Assembly: GCA_963827755.1 (NCBI GenBank)
Contig: CAWHCQ010000011.1
Span: 96,001 to 160,000, forward strand
Source of the DNA: an uncultured Gammaproteobacteria bacterium
Lineage (GTDB): Bacteria; Pseudomonadota; Gammaproteobacteria; UBA9214
Length of the DNA: 64,000 bases
Reading direction: 5' to 3'
A program made the translations under genes and the position numbers. Under the pieces are notes generated by a model, which was given only the letters and a program-made list of their open reading frames with translations, was not told where the DNA came from and did not search any database. Shown here piece after piece: positions 1 to 8,874 of the stretch. How positions within the stretch are numbered: the stretch's first letter is position 1; the number at the start of each line of letters is the position of its first letter.

Positions 1-764
1 GGCTGGAGCAGGCTGCCGGGCAGGGGTTGCAGGATGCGCGCTCGCTGCTTGCGGAGTACACCGGCAAGTCAGCGGCGGGTGCAGCGCAACCGGTTGTTCA
101 TGAAAATTCCAGTTTTATCGATTCGCTCAGTGGTACTTCAACCGGTACCGCATGGCCGGTAGCGGTAAATTACGCGGTTACCAGCAATCACGTAGTTGAA
201 GGTGTCGACTCGGTGTTACTCTACAACGCCTCGGGACTGCCACTGCGCGCAACCGTGGTGTTACGCGATACCGATAATGACATCGCGCTGCTGCGTACCA
301 GTGATGAGGTTAGTTTGCCGCCGCCATTGCCATTGTCGCGTGCGCCCGGTCGCCTCGGCAGTGACGTCTTCACCCTGGGTTTCCCGCGTGTCGATGTTCT
401 CGGGCGCACCCCAAAACTTGCCGACGGTATTATCAGTTCGGTGAATGGCTACCATGATGATCCGGCCAGTTATCAGACCTCGGTGCAGATACAGCCTGGC
501 AACAGCGGCGGTCCGCTGCTGAACATGGCAGGTGAGGTGGTGGGTATCGTTGCCTCGATGCTGGGTACCGTGAATGGCTCGGCAGAGCCGGTGGTGATGC
601 CCAATATCAGTTATGCAGTCAAGGTGGAGTGTCTGCTTTCCCTGATGGAGTCGCTGCCTGAATCCGTGCTCGCAATGGCCACCGCTGCAGGTACGCCGGC
701 CCCGCTGGCCGATCTCGCCGAGCGCATCCAGCCCTCGGTCCTGCTGGTGGTGGTCGCAGAGTAA
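1..764 (+). CDS. Trypsin-like (S1C) serine protease preceded by the end of a Sel1 repeat; 5'-truncated by the window edge
   Basis: Catalytic motifs TSNHVV, NDIALL and PGNSGGPL. The frame is open from the window start and reads (W)LEQAAGQGLQDA, a Sel1-type tail. No PDZ domain. Confidence 0.8.
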   Translation, partial: LEQAAGQGLQDARSLLAEYTGKSAAGAAQPVVHENSSFIDSLSGTSTGTAWPVAVNYAVTSNHVVEGVDSVLLYNASGLPLRATVVLRDTDNDIALLRTSDEVSLPPPLPLSRAPGRLGSDVFTLGFPRVDVLGRTPKLADGIISSVNGYHDDPASYQTSVQIQPGNSGGPLLNMAGEVVGIVASMLGTVNGSAEPVVMPNISYAVKVECLLSLMESLPESVLAMATAAGTPAPLADLAERIQPSVLLVVVAE

Positions 765-1177
765 ACCGGCTTATTCGGGCTTTCCCCGCAGTATTCAGAA
801 TTTTTAGTCGTCAGCGTGGTTTATGTGCGCTGACATACCCCTGTTTGTTAAGGAAAACGCAGTTGAAACGCTGCAGCGTGGTGTGCGCCTGGACGGCAAG
901 GTTGCTCTCGAGCTGGTCGTGGTGCCGGCTGATTAACCCTATCTTCATCGGGGAAAATGGCGGGCTGTGGGTTGGTTCGACCATGGAAAAAGCGCCATTT
1001 TCCCTTAGACACTGCCGTGCTCTCCTCGTATAGTACCCCCCACGGCCGGGAGCACTACTGTACCGTGCTCGAAAGGTCTGTATCGACAATCACAGCAGCT
1101 TCCCGGGTAGACACCGCCCGAGAACAATAACGCTGTATCTGTAAGTTTAACCGGAATAACCCAGAGAGGTCCTGAAT

Positions 1178-2602
1178 ATGGAATTTCGTAATACATTACC
1201 ACTCGCACGAATAGCCCTTGTGGCGGTTGTGAGTGGCGCACTCGGCCTGGCAACGTTACAGGCAGGCGCAGAGAACAAGGCGTCTGGCGCGGGCCTGTTG
1301 CCAGCCAATGCGCAACCCGGTCAGTGTTATGCCAAGGTCATGATACCCGCCAAGTATAAAACGAGCGAAGAGAAGGTGGTCATTGTCGAGGCTGGCGAGA
1401 AGATTGAAATCATTCCTGCCAAGTACGAGTGGACCGAGGTGAGAGTGCCGCTGCAGCAGGAATCGGAAAAATTGATTGCTGTTCCGGCAGTATACGAAAC
1501 CGTCGAGGAAAAGATTTTACTCGAGCCCGCGCGCACGGTGTGGCGTTCCGGTCCGGGGGCCAAGGCACGTGACATTTCCGACCGTGACCTTGCCACTGCG
1601 CAGGCACTTGGCCTGGCGAAGACTGCCAAGGCCGGTCAGTGCTACAACGAGTTCTACAAGCCGGCGGAATTCGAAGTAAAAACAGAGAAGCTGCTGAAGA
1701 CTGCGGCATCCGAGAAGATCACCACGACCGAACCGGAGTTCAACTGGGTCGAGGAAAAGGTGCTGGTCAAGGAAGCTTCCCAGAAGTTTGTCAACGTTCC
1801 CGCCAAGTACAACATCGTCAAGGAAAAAGTGCTTGAGTCACCTGCCTACACGACCTGGAAGACCGGCCGTGGCATGAACGAGCGAATCGACAATGCCACC
1901 GGCGAAATCATGTGCCTTGTGGAAGTGCCGGCCAAGTACACCACGATCGAGAAGCGTGTGCTGGTCTCACCGGCCACCATCAAGAAGGTGGAAGTTCCGG
2001 CAGAGTACAACACCGTGCGTGTCAAGAAGCTCATCAAAAAATCGGCCGAGAGCCGCAAGCCGGTCGAGGCCGAGTACCAGACCGTTTCCAGGCGTATCAA
2101 GGTGTCAGATGCCGGGGTCAGCTGGAGTATGGCGGGTATGCGGGGCGAAGGCGAAGCAACCGGCAGGACCTATTGCCTGTCTGAAGTACCTGCGAAATAC
2201 AAGACCATCACCAAGCGCGTCGTGAAGACGCCGGCCACGGTCAAGAAAATGGCTGTTCCGGCGACCTTCAAGACGGTGCGCATGAGCAAGCTGGTGTCTC
2301 CTGCAAAGGAGAAGCGCATTCCGATTCCCGCGAAGCACAAGATCGTGCAGAAGCAGGTCAAGGTATCGGATGCAAGCCAGGAGTGGCGCCAGGTATTGTG
2401 CGAGACCAATACAACGCCTGACCTTGTCATGCAAATCCAGCGTGCCCTGCAAAGGGCCGGTCAGAACCCGGGGCCGATTGACGGTGTCCTGGGTCGTTCA
2501 ACGATGGCGGCTGCGGATGCCTACCAGCGCAGAAACAACCTGCCGACCGGTGGTCTGACAATTCAGACGCTTGAGAAGCTGGGCATTAGACTCGGCAGCT
2601 AG
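1178..2602 (+). CDS. Secreted repeat protein with C-terminal peptidoglycan-binding domain (PG_binding_1)
   Basis: Signal peptide; many [VI]PA[KE]Y.T[VI] repeats; C-terminal IQRALQRAG..PGPIDGVLG..T..A...YQ...LP.G; RBS GAGG upstream. Confidence 0.8.
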   Translation: MEFRNTLPLARIALVAVVSGALGLATLQAGAENKASGAGLLPANAQPGQCYAKVMIPAKYKTSEEKVVIVEAGEKIEIIPAKYEWTEVRVPLQQESEKLIAVPAVYETVEEKILLEPARTVWRSGPGAKARDISDRDLATAQALGLAKTAKAGQCYNEFYKPAEFEVKTEKLLKTAASEKITTTEPEFNWVEEKVLVKEASQKFVNVPAKYNIVKEKVLESPAYTTWKTGRGMNERIDNATGEIMCLVEVPAKYTTIEKRVLVSPATIKKVEVPAEYNTVRVKKLIKKSAESRKPVEAEYQTVSRRIKVSDAGVSWSMAGMRGEGEATGRTYCLSEVPAKYKTITKRVVKTPATVKKMAVPATFKTVRMSKLVSPAKEKRIPIPAKHKIVQKQVKVSDASQEWRQVLCETNTTPDLVMQIQRALQRAGQNPGPIDGVLGRSTMAAADAYQRRNNLPTGGLTIQTLEKLGIRLGS

Positions 2603-2651
2603 TATCCCGTCCAGGCGTTGAATTACCGGCCTTGTGGCTGGTATGCGAGTT

Positions 2652-2687
2652 ACGGCCCGGTGAGTAATCACCGGGCCGTTTTTATTT
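2652..2687 (+). terminator. Rho-independent terminator
   Basis: 12-bp stem ACGGCCCGGTGA/TCACCGGGCCGT with GTAA loop, followed by TTTTATTT, 50 nt after the stop at 2602. Confidence 0.85.
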
Positions 2688-2799
2688 GCCGGTGTACAGG
2701 GTACGTGCTTTACACCAGGGTATTCTTCCGGCGTGAATTGACCATACATGGTTGCCTGGTGCTTACACCTTGTTGAACGACGGTTTCGAGTCACTACAC

Positions 2800-3723
2800 A
2801 TGAAGCATTATTCGACTTTTATTCAGGCTATTGGATTGCTGTTCCTGTTGAACAGCCTGCCGGTCAGTGCGGATTATCCCATTGAGGTCATCCAGCTGAA
2901 ATCACGTCCGCTGGAAGAGATCCTGCCGGTCATCCAGCCTTTTACCGGCGCGGATGGCAGTGCTACCGGGATGGGGAATAACCTGGTACTCAAGGCAGCA
3001 CCCGATCGAATTGATGAAATCAGGAAACTGCTGCTTGAACTGGACCGTCCGCCAAAGCGCCTGTTGATCATCGTTAACAAACAAGGTGATCTTGAACGCA
3101 GTGTATCGGGCTATTCGGCCAGTGCCGACATCAAGGCCGGTGACGGGCGAGTCAGTATCAATTCCCCGGGATATCCTGTTGACGGGTCGCGGGCCCGGGT
3201 GCGGATTTATGGCACAGAAGATCAGCGTGCACGGACGGCCGGGCAGCGGGTCCAGGCGCTGGAAGGCCGGCCGGCCTTTATCGCCACTGGCTCTCGCATC
3301 CCGTTTCGTAGTGTCGATCGTTATTACATGCATGGACGCCCGTATGATCGATACGTAACAGAGCTGCATGATGCAAACAGTGGATTTTACGTAGTGCCGC
3401 GTGTGCGTGGCGAATATGTGACACTGGAGATTCAGCAATTCGATGACCGTCCCGGCCGTCGTCGGGGTGTTATCAATACGCAAAGCACGGACACGGTTGT
3501 GCGCGGCAGGCTTGGCGACTGGATCAGCCTTGGCGGCATTAAAACCTCCAGCAAGCAAAGCCAGGGTGGCCTGGGTCGCTCGATTTCAACACAGGATTCT
3601 GTCGATCAGCAGATCGAGGTGATGGTGGAATGCCTGGACTGCGGGTTGAGCAACGAGCGTTATCACAGGTTTTCCCCGGAAACGCATGACTCCGGGATAA
3701 ATCCGTTCCCTGCGGACAGGTAA
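2800..3723 (+). CDS. Secretin N-terminal (NolW-like) domain protein with a truncated secretin-like C-terminal part
   Basis: Signal peptide from ATG 2800; EVIQLK.R..EEILP...NNLVL.A....I..LL..LD.P NolW-like repeat; EGRPAFI.TG and T.VRGRLGDWI.LGG secretin-like strands. Confidence 0.7.
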   Translation: MKHYSTFIQAIGLLFLLNSLPVSADYPIEVIQLKSRPLEEILPVIQPFTGADGSATGMGNNLVLKAAPDRIDEIRKLLLELDRPPKRLLIIVNKQGDLERSVSGYSASADIKAGDGRVSINSPGYPVDGSRARVRIYGTEDQRARTAGQRVQALEGRPAFIATGSRIPFRSVDRYYMHGRPYDRYVTELHDANSGFYVVPRVRGEYVTLEIQQFDDRPGRRRGVINTQSTDTVVRGRLGDWISLGGIKTSSKQSQGGLGRSISTQDSVDQQIEVMVECLDCGLSNERYHRFSPETHDSGINPFPADR

Positions 3724-3829
3724 CGGGCCTGTATTGCGTGGATTGATCCGCAAGCCTGCTAAACCTGACCTGATTGTGAATCAACTGCGTTATAGTGTGT
3801 GCAACAGCTGCCTGGTTGAATGCGACAGA

Positions 3830-4273
3830 ATGTACACAACGCGAAAAATACAACCTTGGGTACTGGCCGCGCTGTTGATGGCCATGTCTTCCTGCGCAAC
3901 GACTCGTGAGCTGGCCGGGGATAATATGAAATGTCCAGACAGTCCGAACTGTGTTTCCAGCCAGGCGCCTGATGCGCGCCATTTCATCGAGCCTTTCAGC
4001 TTTCACGATCAGCCTGCAGAAGCGATGCAACGCCTGAGGGCGGCGTTGATGACAGAGCAGCGGGTGTCGATTATCAGCGAGCAGGCCGATTATCTGCATG
4101 CCGAGGCGCGCAGCCTGCTGTTCAGATTTGTGGATGACATCGAGTTCAGCCTGCAAGCGGAAAAGGGTCTGATCCAGGTACGTTCCGCTGCACGGACCGG
4201 GTATTCCGATTTTGGCGTCAATCGCCGGCGTATCGAAAGAATCCGGCGGATATTCCTGGACCGGGAGCGTTAA
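3830..4273 (+). CDS. DUF1499 family lipoprotein
   Basis: CPDSPNCVSSQ, FVDDIEF and RSAARTGYSDFGVNR.R motifs; lipobox-like MSSC. Confidence 0.85.
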   Translation: MYTTRKIQPWVLAALLMAMSSCATTRELAGDNMKCPDSPNCVSSQAPDARHFIEPFSFHDQPAEAMQRLRAALMTEQRVSIISEQADYLHAEARSLLFRFVDDIEFSLQAEKGLIQVRSAARTGYSDFGVNRRRIERIRRIFLDRER

Positions 4274-4319
4274 TGAAGCCGACTGCCGTTTTACTGTTAA
4301 TTACCGATACGGTTTTGTT

Positions 4320-4919
4320 ATGTACCTGGTGTTAAAGAATACAGTCTTGCCGGGCATATTTGTTGCGCTTGTCACGGCCTGCACAGATGCACAGGTACTG
4401 CATAGCGTTAACGAGGAGAACGGACTGCAGACATGGCATTTTATCGATGGTGACATAGAGATTGAACTGGTACAGCGGTTGCCGGACCAGAGCCGTGCCC
4501 TGTTTATGAAGCATGAATTCTCCCGCGATGTCATCGAGAGCCTGGCACTGAGTTGCATGATGCAGACCATTATCCGCAATAGTGGCAAATCAGGCAGCGG
4601 ACAGGCCGTGTCGATTGACCTGACCCGGTGGCGCATGCAGCACAAGGGCGTGACCAGTGGCATCAGGCTGAAGGAGCAGTGGCTGGCCTCCTGGTCGGAC
4701 GAGCAAGCCAGCCCGGCAGCAAGGCTGATCGTTCGCTGGGGCCTGTTCCCGACGCAGCAGGAATACCTGCCGGGCGACTATAACTGGGGATTGACGACCT
4801 ACGGGATAGCGCCGGGCTCGGTATTCGATCTTGCAGTAAGCTGGGAAGAGGGGGGCAAGCCCCGTTCCGGGAAAATCAGCAACATCGTCTGTGCACCGGA
4901 TGTGGATAAACTGAAATGA
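4320..4919 (+). CDS. Conserved hypothetical exported protein
   Basis: 199-aa ORF with N-terminal hydrophobic segment (LVTAC); stop overlaps the next start (ATGA). Confidence 0.65.
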   Translation: MYLVLKNTVLPGIFVALVTACTDAQVLHSVNEENGLQTWHFIDGDIEIELVQRLPDQSRALFMKHEFSRDVIESLALSCMMQTIIRNSGKSGSGQAVSIDLTRWRMQHKGVTSGIRLKEQWLASWSDEQASPAARLIVRWGLFPTQQEYLPGDYNWGLTTYGIAPGSVFDLAVSWEEGGKPRSGKISNIVCAPDVDKLK

Positions 4920-5426
4920 TTGTAATGAAAACCCTGCAGGGCCTTGCAATATTGCTGCTGATGCTGGCCGGCATGGCCCGTGCGGACCAGACCATGACGG
5001 TGATCCCGGGCGGGATCGAGGCGCCGGACTTTGTTTTGCAGGATACAGAAGGCAAGACGCATCGCTTGTCCGATTATCGCGGCAAGCCGGTCATTATTAA
5101 TTTCTGGACCACCTGGTGCCCGCCATGTCGTGAGGAAATTCCCTCCATGAACCGCGCATGGCACCTGCTTGAAGACGGAGGACATCGCGCTGCTCGCCAT
5201 CAACATGGGTGAAGATGAAGACACCATCTTTATCTTTACCGCGGATTACCCCGCAGACTTTCCAGTGCTGATGGACAGGGAAGGCGAGGTCATTGCCGAG
5301 TGGCCGGTAAAAGGGTTGCCGACGACCTATGTCGTCGCACCCGATGGGACGCTTGCCTACCGGGCAATTGGCAGCCGGGAGTGGGATGACAAGGCGCTGC
5401 TGGATGCGGTGCGCGCCCTGAAGTAA
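4916..5426 (+). CDS. TlpA/ResA-family thiol:disulfide oxidoreductase (one +1 frameshift near 5170, probably a sequence error)
   Basis: APDF.L.D.EG, NFWTTWCPPCREEIP, then GLPTTYVV in the next frame. Removing one T in CTTGAAG gives WHLLKTEDIALLAIN. Confidence 0.85.
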
Positions 5427-5870
5427 GTACACAGCAGGCCGGATTCAACAGATCACTGTGTCGGGGATATGGTGTGCAATGCCAGTCATTCGTGAATCCG
5501 GCCCCTGCGATACCCTCGCTGATAACCGCCCGGGACACGGGATTGCCCGGGACGAGATTCAGTATTACCCGTTGTTGCCGGGCAAACCGGGATGGCCGTC
5601 ACACATCCGGAGATCGGCGACGGTTAGCAGGCGATAGCAATACCCCGGGGTGAAATGTTTCAGGCATTACCGGTTTTCCGTTCAAGTGGCAGCACGTCGG
5701 GGTGCAGTTCGTTCAGCGGTATCGACAGGCCGTTGTTTCCAACGACACGCGCATGAAAACGGCGCAATTCACGGGGCTCCCTGACACCGCAGGAATGTGC
5801 GATCAAGCCGACTTCATGTGGACAATGCTACCTGCTTGTATCTATGGACAGGTCATTAACCGGCTGGTAC

Positions 5871-6524
5871 TCAGCGCCTCTTGCTGGTCCTCCAGGTACG
5901 TGAAATCCAGTCATCAACGCTGAAGTACCTGCCCGCACCAATGAAGAACAGGGCCAGCAGCATGATGAAGTAGGTGGCGGCAAATTCAATGCCGTTGTTG
6001 AGGATCACCAGGCTGCCGTTTTCGGTGATCCAGCTGTAGTTGGCCTGTTCCTGCAGGATTGCCTTGGCCATGTCCAGGCGTTCGATGGCGCCTTGCGTTC
6101 GTTCGCTGGCGAAGAAACCGTCCCCTGCGGCGATTGCCAGCCAGCCGTTTGGTAAATGTACGGTTACGGCTGCAACCACCATGGTGATCATCAGCGGGAT
6201 GGATATCCAGCGTACCGCCAGGCCGATCAGCAGCAGGATGGCCCCGAAGTATTCCGTGTAGGACGCCAGGTAGGCCATGACCTCGGGGAAGGGCAGGCCA
6301 AGCCCCCAGTCCGGGTTGCCGAACCAGTCAATCACGTCCTGCTTGGGTACAAGGCTGCAGCCGGCCTCGCTGTCGAGACAGTCCAGTCCGGCATTTTCAA
6401 GCTTGTGAACACCGCCCATCCAGAAAATCGGCACCAGGTAGAGGCGCAAGGCGAGTGGTGCAAGAAAATCAAGCGCGCGTGTCCGGTCCAGCAGGTCCTG
6501 CATGCCGTTGAGTAAACCTGTCAT
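5871..6524 (-). CDS. DoxX-family membrane protein (HvfX-like) of the MNIO RiPP cluster
   Basis: LRLYLVPIFW..G..K, WFGNPDWGLGLPFP, GLAVRWISIPLM and LNNGIEFAATY motifs; last gene of the DUF692 cluster. Confidence 0.85.
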   Translation of the reverse strand: MTGLLNGMQDLLDRTRALDFLAPLALRLYLVPIFWMGGVHKLENAGLDCLDSEAGCSLVPKQDVIDWFGNPDWGLGLPFPEVMAYLASYTEYFGAILLLIGLAVRWISIPLMITMVVAAVTVHLPNGWLAIAAGDGFFASERTQGAIERLDMAKAILQEQANYSWITENGSLVILNNGIEFAATYFIMLLALFFIGAGRYFSVDDWISRTWRTSKRR

Positions 6525-6562
6525 GACTATCTCCTCGGTTTTTGTCCTGCTTTAACGCAGGA

Positions 6563-7348
6563 TCAGAATCGTTTTGTGCCCGGCAAAATATCTTTTTCAT
6601 GCAAGCCGTTCATTATTTCAGCGCCGCCTTTGACCACAACCCCGGGCCGGGGGTGAGACAACTCGGCTGCGATCCGTTCAAGTAACTGTTCACCGCTGGA
6701 GTTGCTGTCTTCCGCGATGAGTTCCAGCAGGCGCTTGGTGACCGGGTTGACCTCCATGAATCCGACCTTGTCCTCACTGTCACGGTAGACGACCAGCAGG
6801 GTCGGGTTCTCACCGGCTTGTTGCGGCAGGAAGTCCGGGCCGATCTTGTGAACCGGGTATTGATAGACAAGCTGCCAGGCCAGCGGTGATAGTACCGGGA
6901 TACCGGTCATCAGGTCACCCTCCGGGTCGATAGTATCCTGCTCGAGGGTTGCCTCGGAAATCGACAGGGCGAGTTCCACCCATTCGTAATGGGCCAGTTC
7001 GTGGAGAAAGGGAAAATCGCCGGGTTCGTGCCGGCGTTCATTTTCAAGCCAGCCGAGGAATTCACGCGGGATCTCCAGGAACAGCGGGCTGCGGGACTGG
7101 TGGCCGGAGAAAAAACCGCGCACCAGCCTGTGCCAGGCCTCGTCTTGATAAATCTTCCTCAGTACCGGGAAGGTGCCGGCAAGAAAATTCTCGACGTTAT
7201 TGTAGAACAACTCGCGGTAGATCTGCATGCGCCGGTCTTCAACATCATCCGGTGCAGGTTTGTGCTCCGGGTCGCGAATATGCGCAGCGAACTGGTACTG
7301 CCGGCGGGTAAATTCAGGCCTTGATTCCACGGGTAATGCCCTTGTCAT
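6563..7348 (-). CDS. DUF2063 partner protein (HvfC/BufC-like RiPP maturation protein)
   Basis: [42 protein letters not shown] and YPVH.IGP motifs; overlaps the end of the DUF692 gene. Confidence 0.9.
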   Translation of the reverse strand: MTRALPVESRPEFTRRQYQFAAHIRDPEHKPAPDDVEDRRMQIYRELFYNNVENFLAGTFPVLRKIYQDEAWHRLVRGFFSGHQSRSPLFLEIPREFLGWLENERRHEPGDFPFLHELAHYEWVELALSISEATLEQDTIDPEGDLMTGIPVLSPLAWQLVYQYPVHKIGPDFLPQQAGENPTLLVVYRDSEDKVGFMEVNPVTKRLLELIAEDSNSSGEQLLERIAAELSHPRPGVVVKGGAEIMNGLHEKDILPGTKRF

Positions 7349-8180
7349 GCGTTGCACCCTGTTTTTTCTGCAGGCTTGCAATCTGTTCGACCTCGGCCAG
7401 CAATTCGGGCAGCGGGGGTATATTGAAATCGCGTTCAAGCAATGTCGGGACTACCCCGAAATGCTCATAGGCGGTTTCCAGCAATGACCAGACCGGGTCG
7501 ATGATGTCTGCCCCGTGGGTATCGACCTTCAGGTCTTCGGCTTCATCGTAGTGGCCGGCAATATGAAAATATGCAATGCGCCCGGCCGGCAGCGCTTTCA
7601 GGAATTGTTCCGCGTCATAGCGGTGGTTGATGCTGTTGACGTAGATATTATTCACGTCCAGCAGCAGGTCGCAGTCGGCTTCCTCGAGGACCGCGTTGAT
7701 GAAATCAATTTCGTCCATTTCCTTGCCGGGTGCCGCGTAGTAGGAAACATTCTCCATGGCAATGCGCCGTTCAAGAATATCCTGCACGCGGCGGATACGG
7801 GCTGCAACATAGTGAACGGCCTCTTCGGTAAACGGAATCGGCATCAGGTCATAGAGGTGGCCATCGTCACTGCAATAGCTCAGGTGCTCGGTATAGAAGC
7901 GAAAATTATGCTGGTCCAGCAGGCGTTTCACCCGGTGGAGAAAGGTCTCGTCCAGTGGTGACGGGCTGCCGATCGACAGGGACAGGCCGTGTGCAACAAA
8001 GGGGTAGCGTTCCGTGAAGTGGCGAAAATCCTTGCCGGGTTTGCCACCCATGCCAATCCAGTTTTCCGGCGCGACTTCAAAAAAATCGACAGACTCCGGC
8101 GGATTGTCCCGCAGCGGACCCATGAGGGTCCGCCGCAGTCCAAGTCCTGTCCCTGTAACAGGGTATTGTTTCGGGATCAC
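7314..8180 (-). CDS. DUF692 multinuclear non-heme iron oxidase (MNIO; HvfB/BufB-like)
   Basis: [56 protein letters not shown] and LLERD metal-ligand motifs. Confidence 0.95.
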   Translation of the reverse strand: MIPKQYPVTGTGLGLRRTLMGPLRDNPPESVDFFEVAPENWIGMGGKPGKDFRHFTERYPFVAHGLSLSIGSPSPLDETFLHRVKRLLDQHNFRFYTEHLSYCSDDGHLYDLMPIPFTEEAVHYVAARIRRVQDILERRIAMENVSYYAAPGKEMDEIDFINAVLEEADCDLLLDVNNIYVNSINHRYDAEQFLKALPAGRIAYFHIAGHYDEAEDLKVDTHGADIIDPVWSLLETAYEHFGVVPTLLERDFNIPPLPELLAEVEQIASLQKKQGATHDKGITRGIKA

Positions 8181-8198
8181 GACAGCTGTGCAGGGTGA

Positions 8199-8654
8199 TT
8201 ACTTCATGCCGCCACACTTGCCTTCACCGCACTTGGCTTCCATCACCTTGCCGGCTTTTCCTGCGGCACCGCACTTGCCTTCACCGCACTTGCCTTCCAT
8301 TGCCTTCATTTCATCGGCACTGATTACGCCATCGTGATTCGCATCTTTACTGTTGAACATGGCCTCGTGCCCTTTCATGAACTCGTCCCTGGTGATGTTG
8401 CCATCTCCATCGGCGTCCATGCTCTGCATGCCGCACTTGCCTTCACCGCACTTGGCTTCCGTTGTCTTGGCGGCACCGCACTTGCCTTCACCGCACTTGC
8501 CTTCATGAGACGCCGCAACCATGTAGCCACTGGAAAGGGTAGACATGGCAAACGGGTTATCTGCTGCGTTGGCAACCGGGGTAGCGGCGAGCGTGGTAAC
8601 AAACGCGGTACCGAGCGCAATAGCCATGGGTTTCAGGGTTGTTTTTTGTGACAT
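8199..8654 (-). CDS. Secreted RiPP precursor with 8 E[GA]KCG motifs and two EF-hands (HvfA/EfhP-like)
   Basis: RBS GGAG; signal peptide ending ANA-ADNPF...L.SGY; EGKCGEGKCG repeats; EF loops DADGDGNITRDE and DANHDGVISADE. Confidence 0.9.
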   Translation of the reverse strand: MSQKTTLKPMAIALGTAFVTTLAATPVANAADNPFAMSTLSSGYMVAASHEGKCGEGKCGAAKTTEAKCGEGKCGMQSMDADGDGNITRDEFMKGHEAMFNSKDANHDGVISADEMKAMEGKCGEGKCGAAGKAGKVMEAKCGEGKCGGMK

Positions 8655-8745
8655 TGGATATGCTCCATTATGGGTTTGATTCAGAGGGGGCAGGCGCCCC
8701 GCGTGTTTTCGGTCGCTTGCCACGACCTGTGCTTGTGTCAGTCAC

Positions 8746-8772
8746 TCCGACATACAAGGGTTCAAAAAGTTT
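8746..8772 (-). promoter_or_regulatory. Candidate ECF-sigma promoter of the RiPP operon
   Basis: Minus strand AAACTT-N16-TCGGA about 90 nt upstream of the precursor ATG, resembling sigmaE-type GAACTT-N16-TCnnA. Confidence 0.35.
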
Positions 8773-8874
8773 CTCGTGACGGCGGAGTATTGGTTTCTGC
8801 AAATGTTCTTATGTTCAACAAGGCTGCATATGGCAACCGCACCGAACCATACAGCAAAATGTAGTCGATTGTAA

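Noticed and set aside
5580-5640. GGGCAAACC resembling the start of a c-di-GMP-I riboswitch
   Set aside because: Lacks the GNRA-capped stem and the GGGACGCAAAG element, and no downstream same-strand gene follows.
8208-8505. Repeated about 30-bp units (CCGCACTTGCCTTCACCGCACTTG) resembling a CRISPR array
   Set aside because: They are the codons for the EGKCGEGKCG repeats; spacing is irregular and there are no cas genes.
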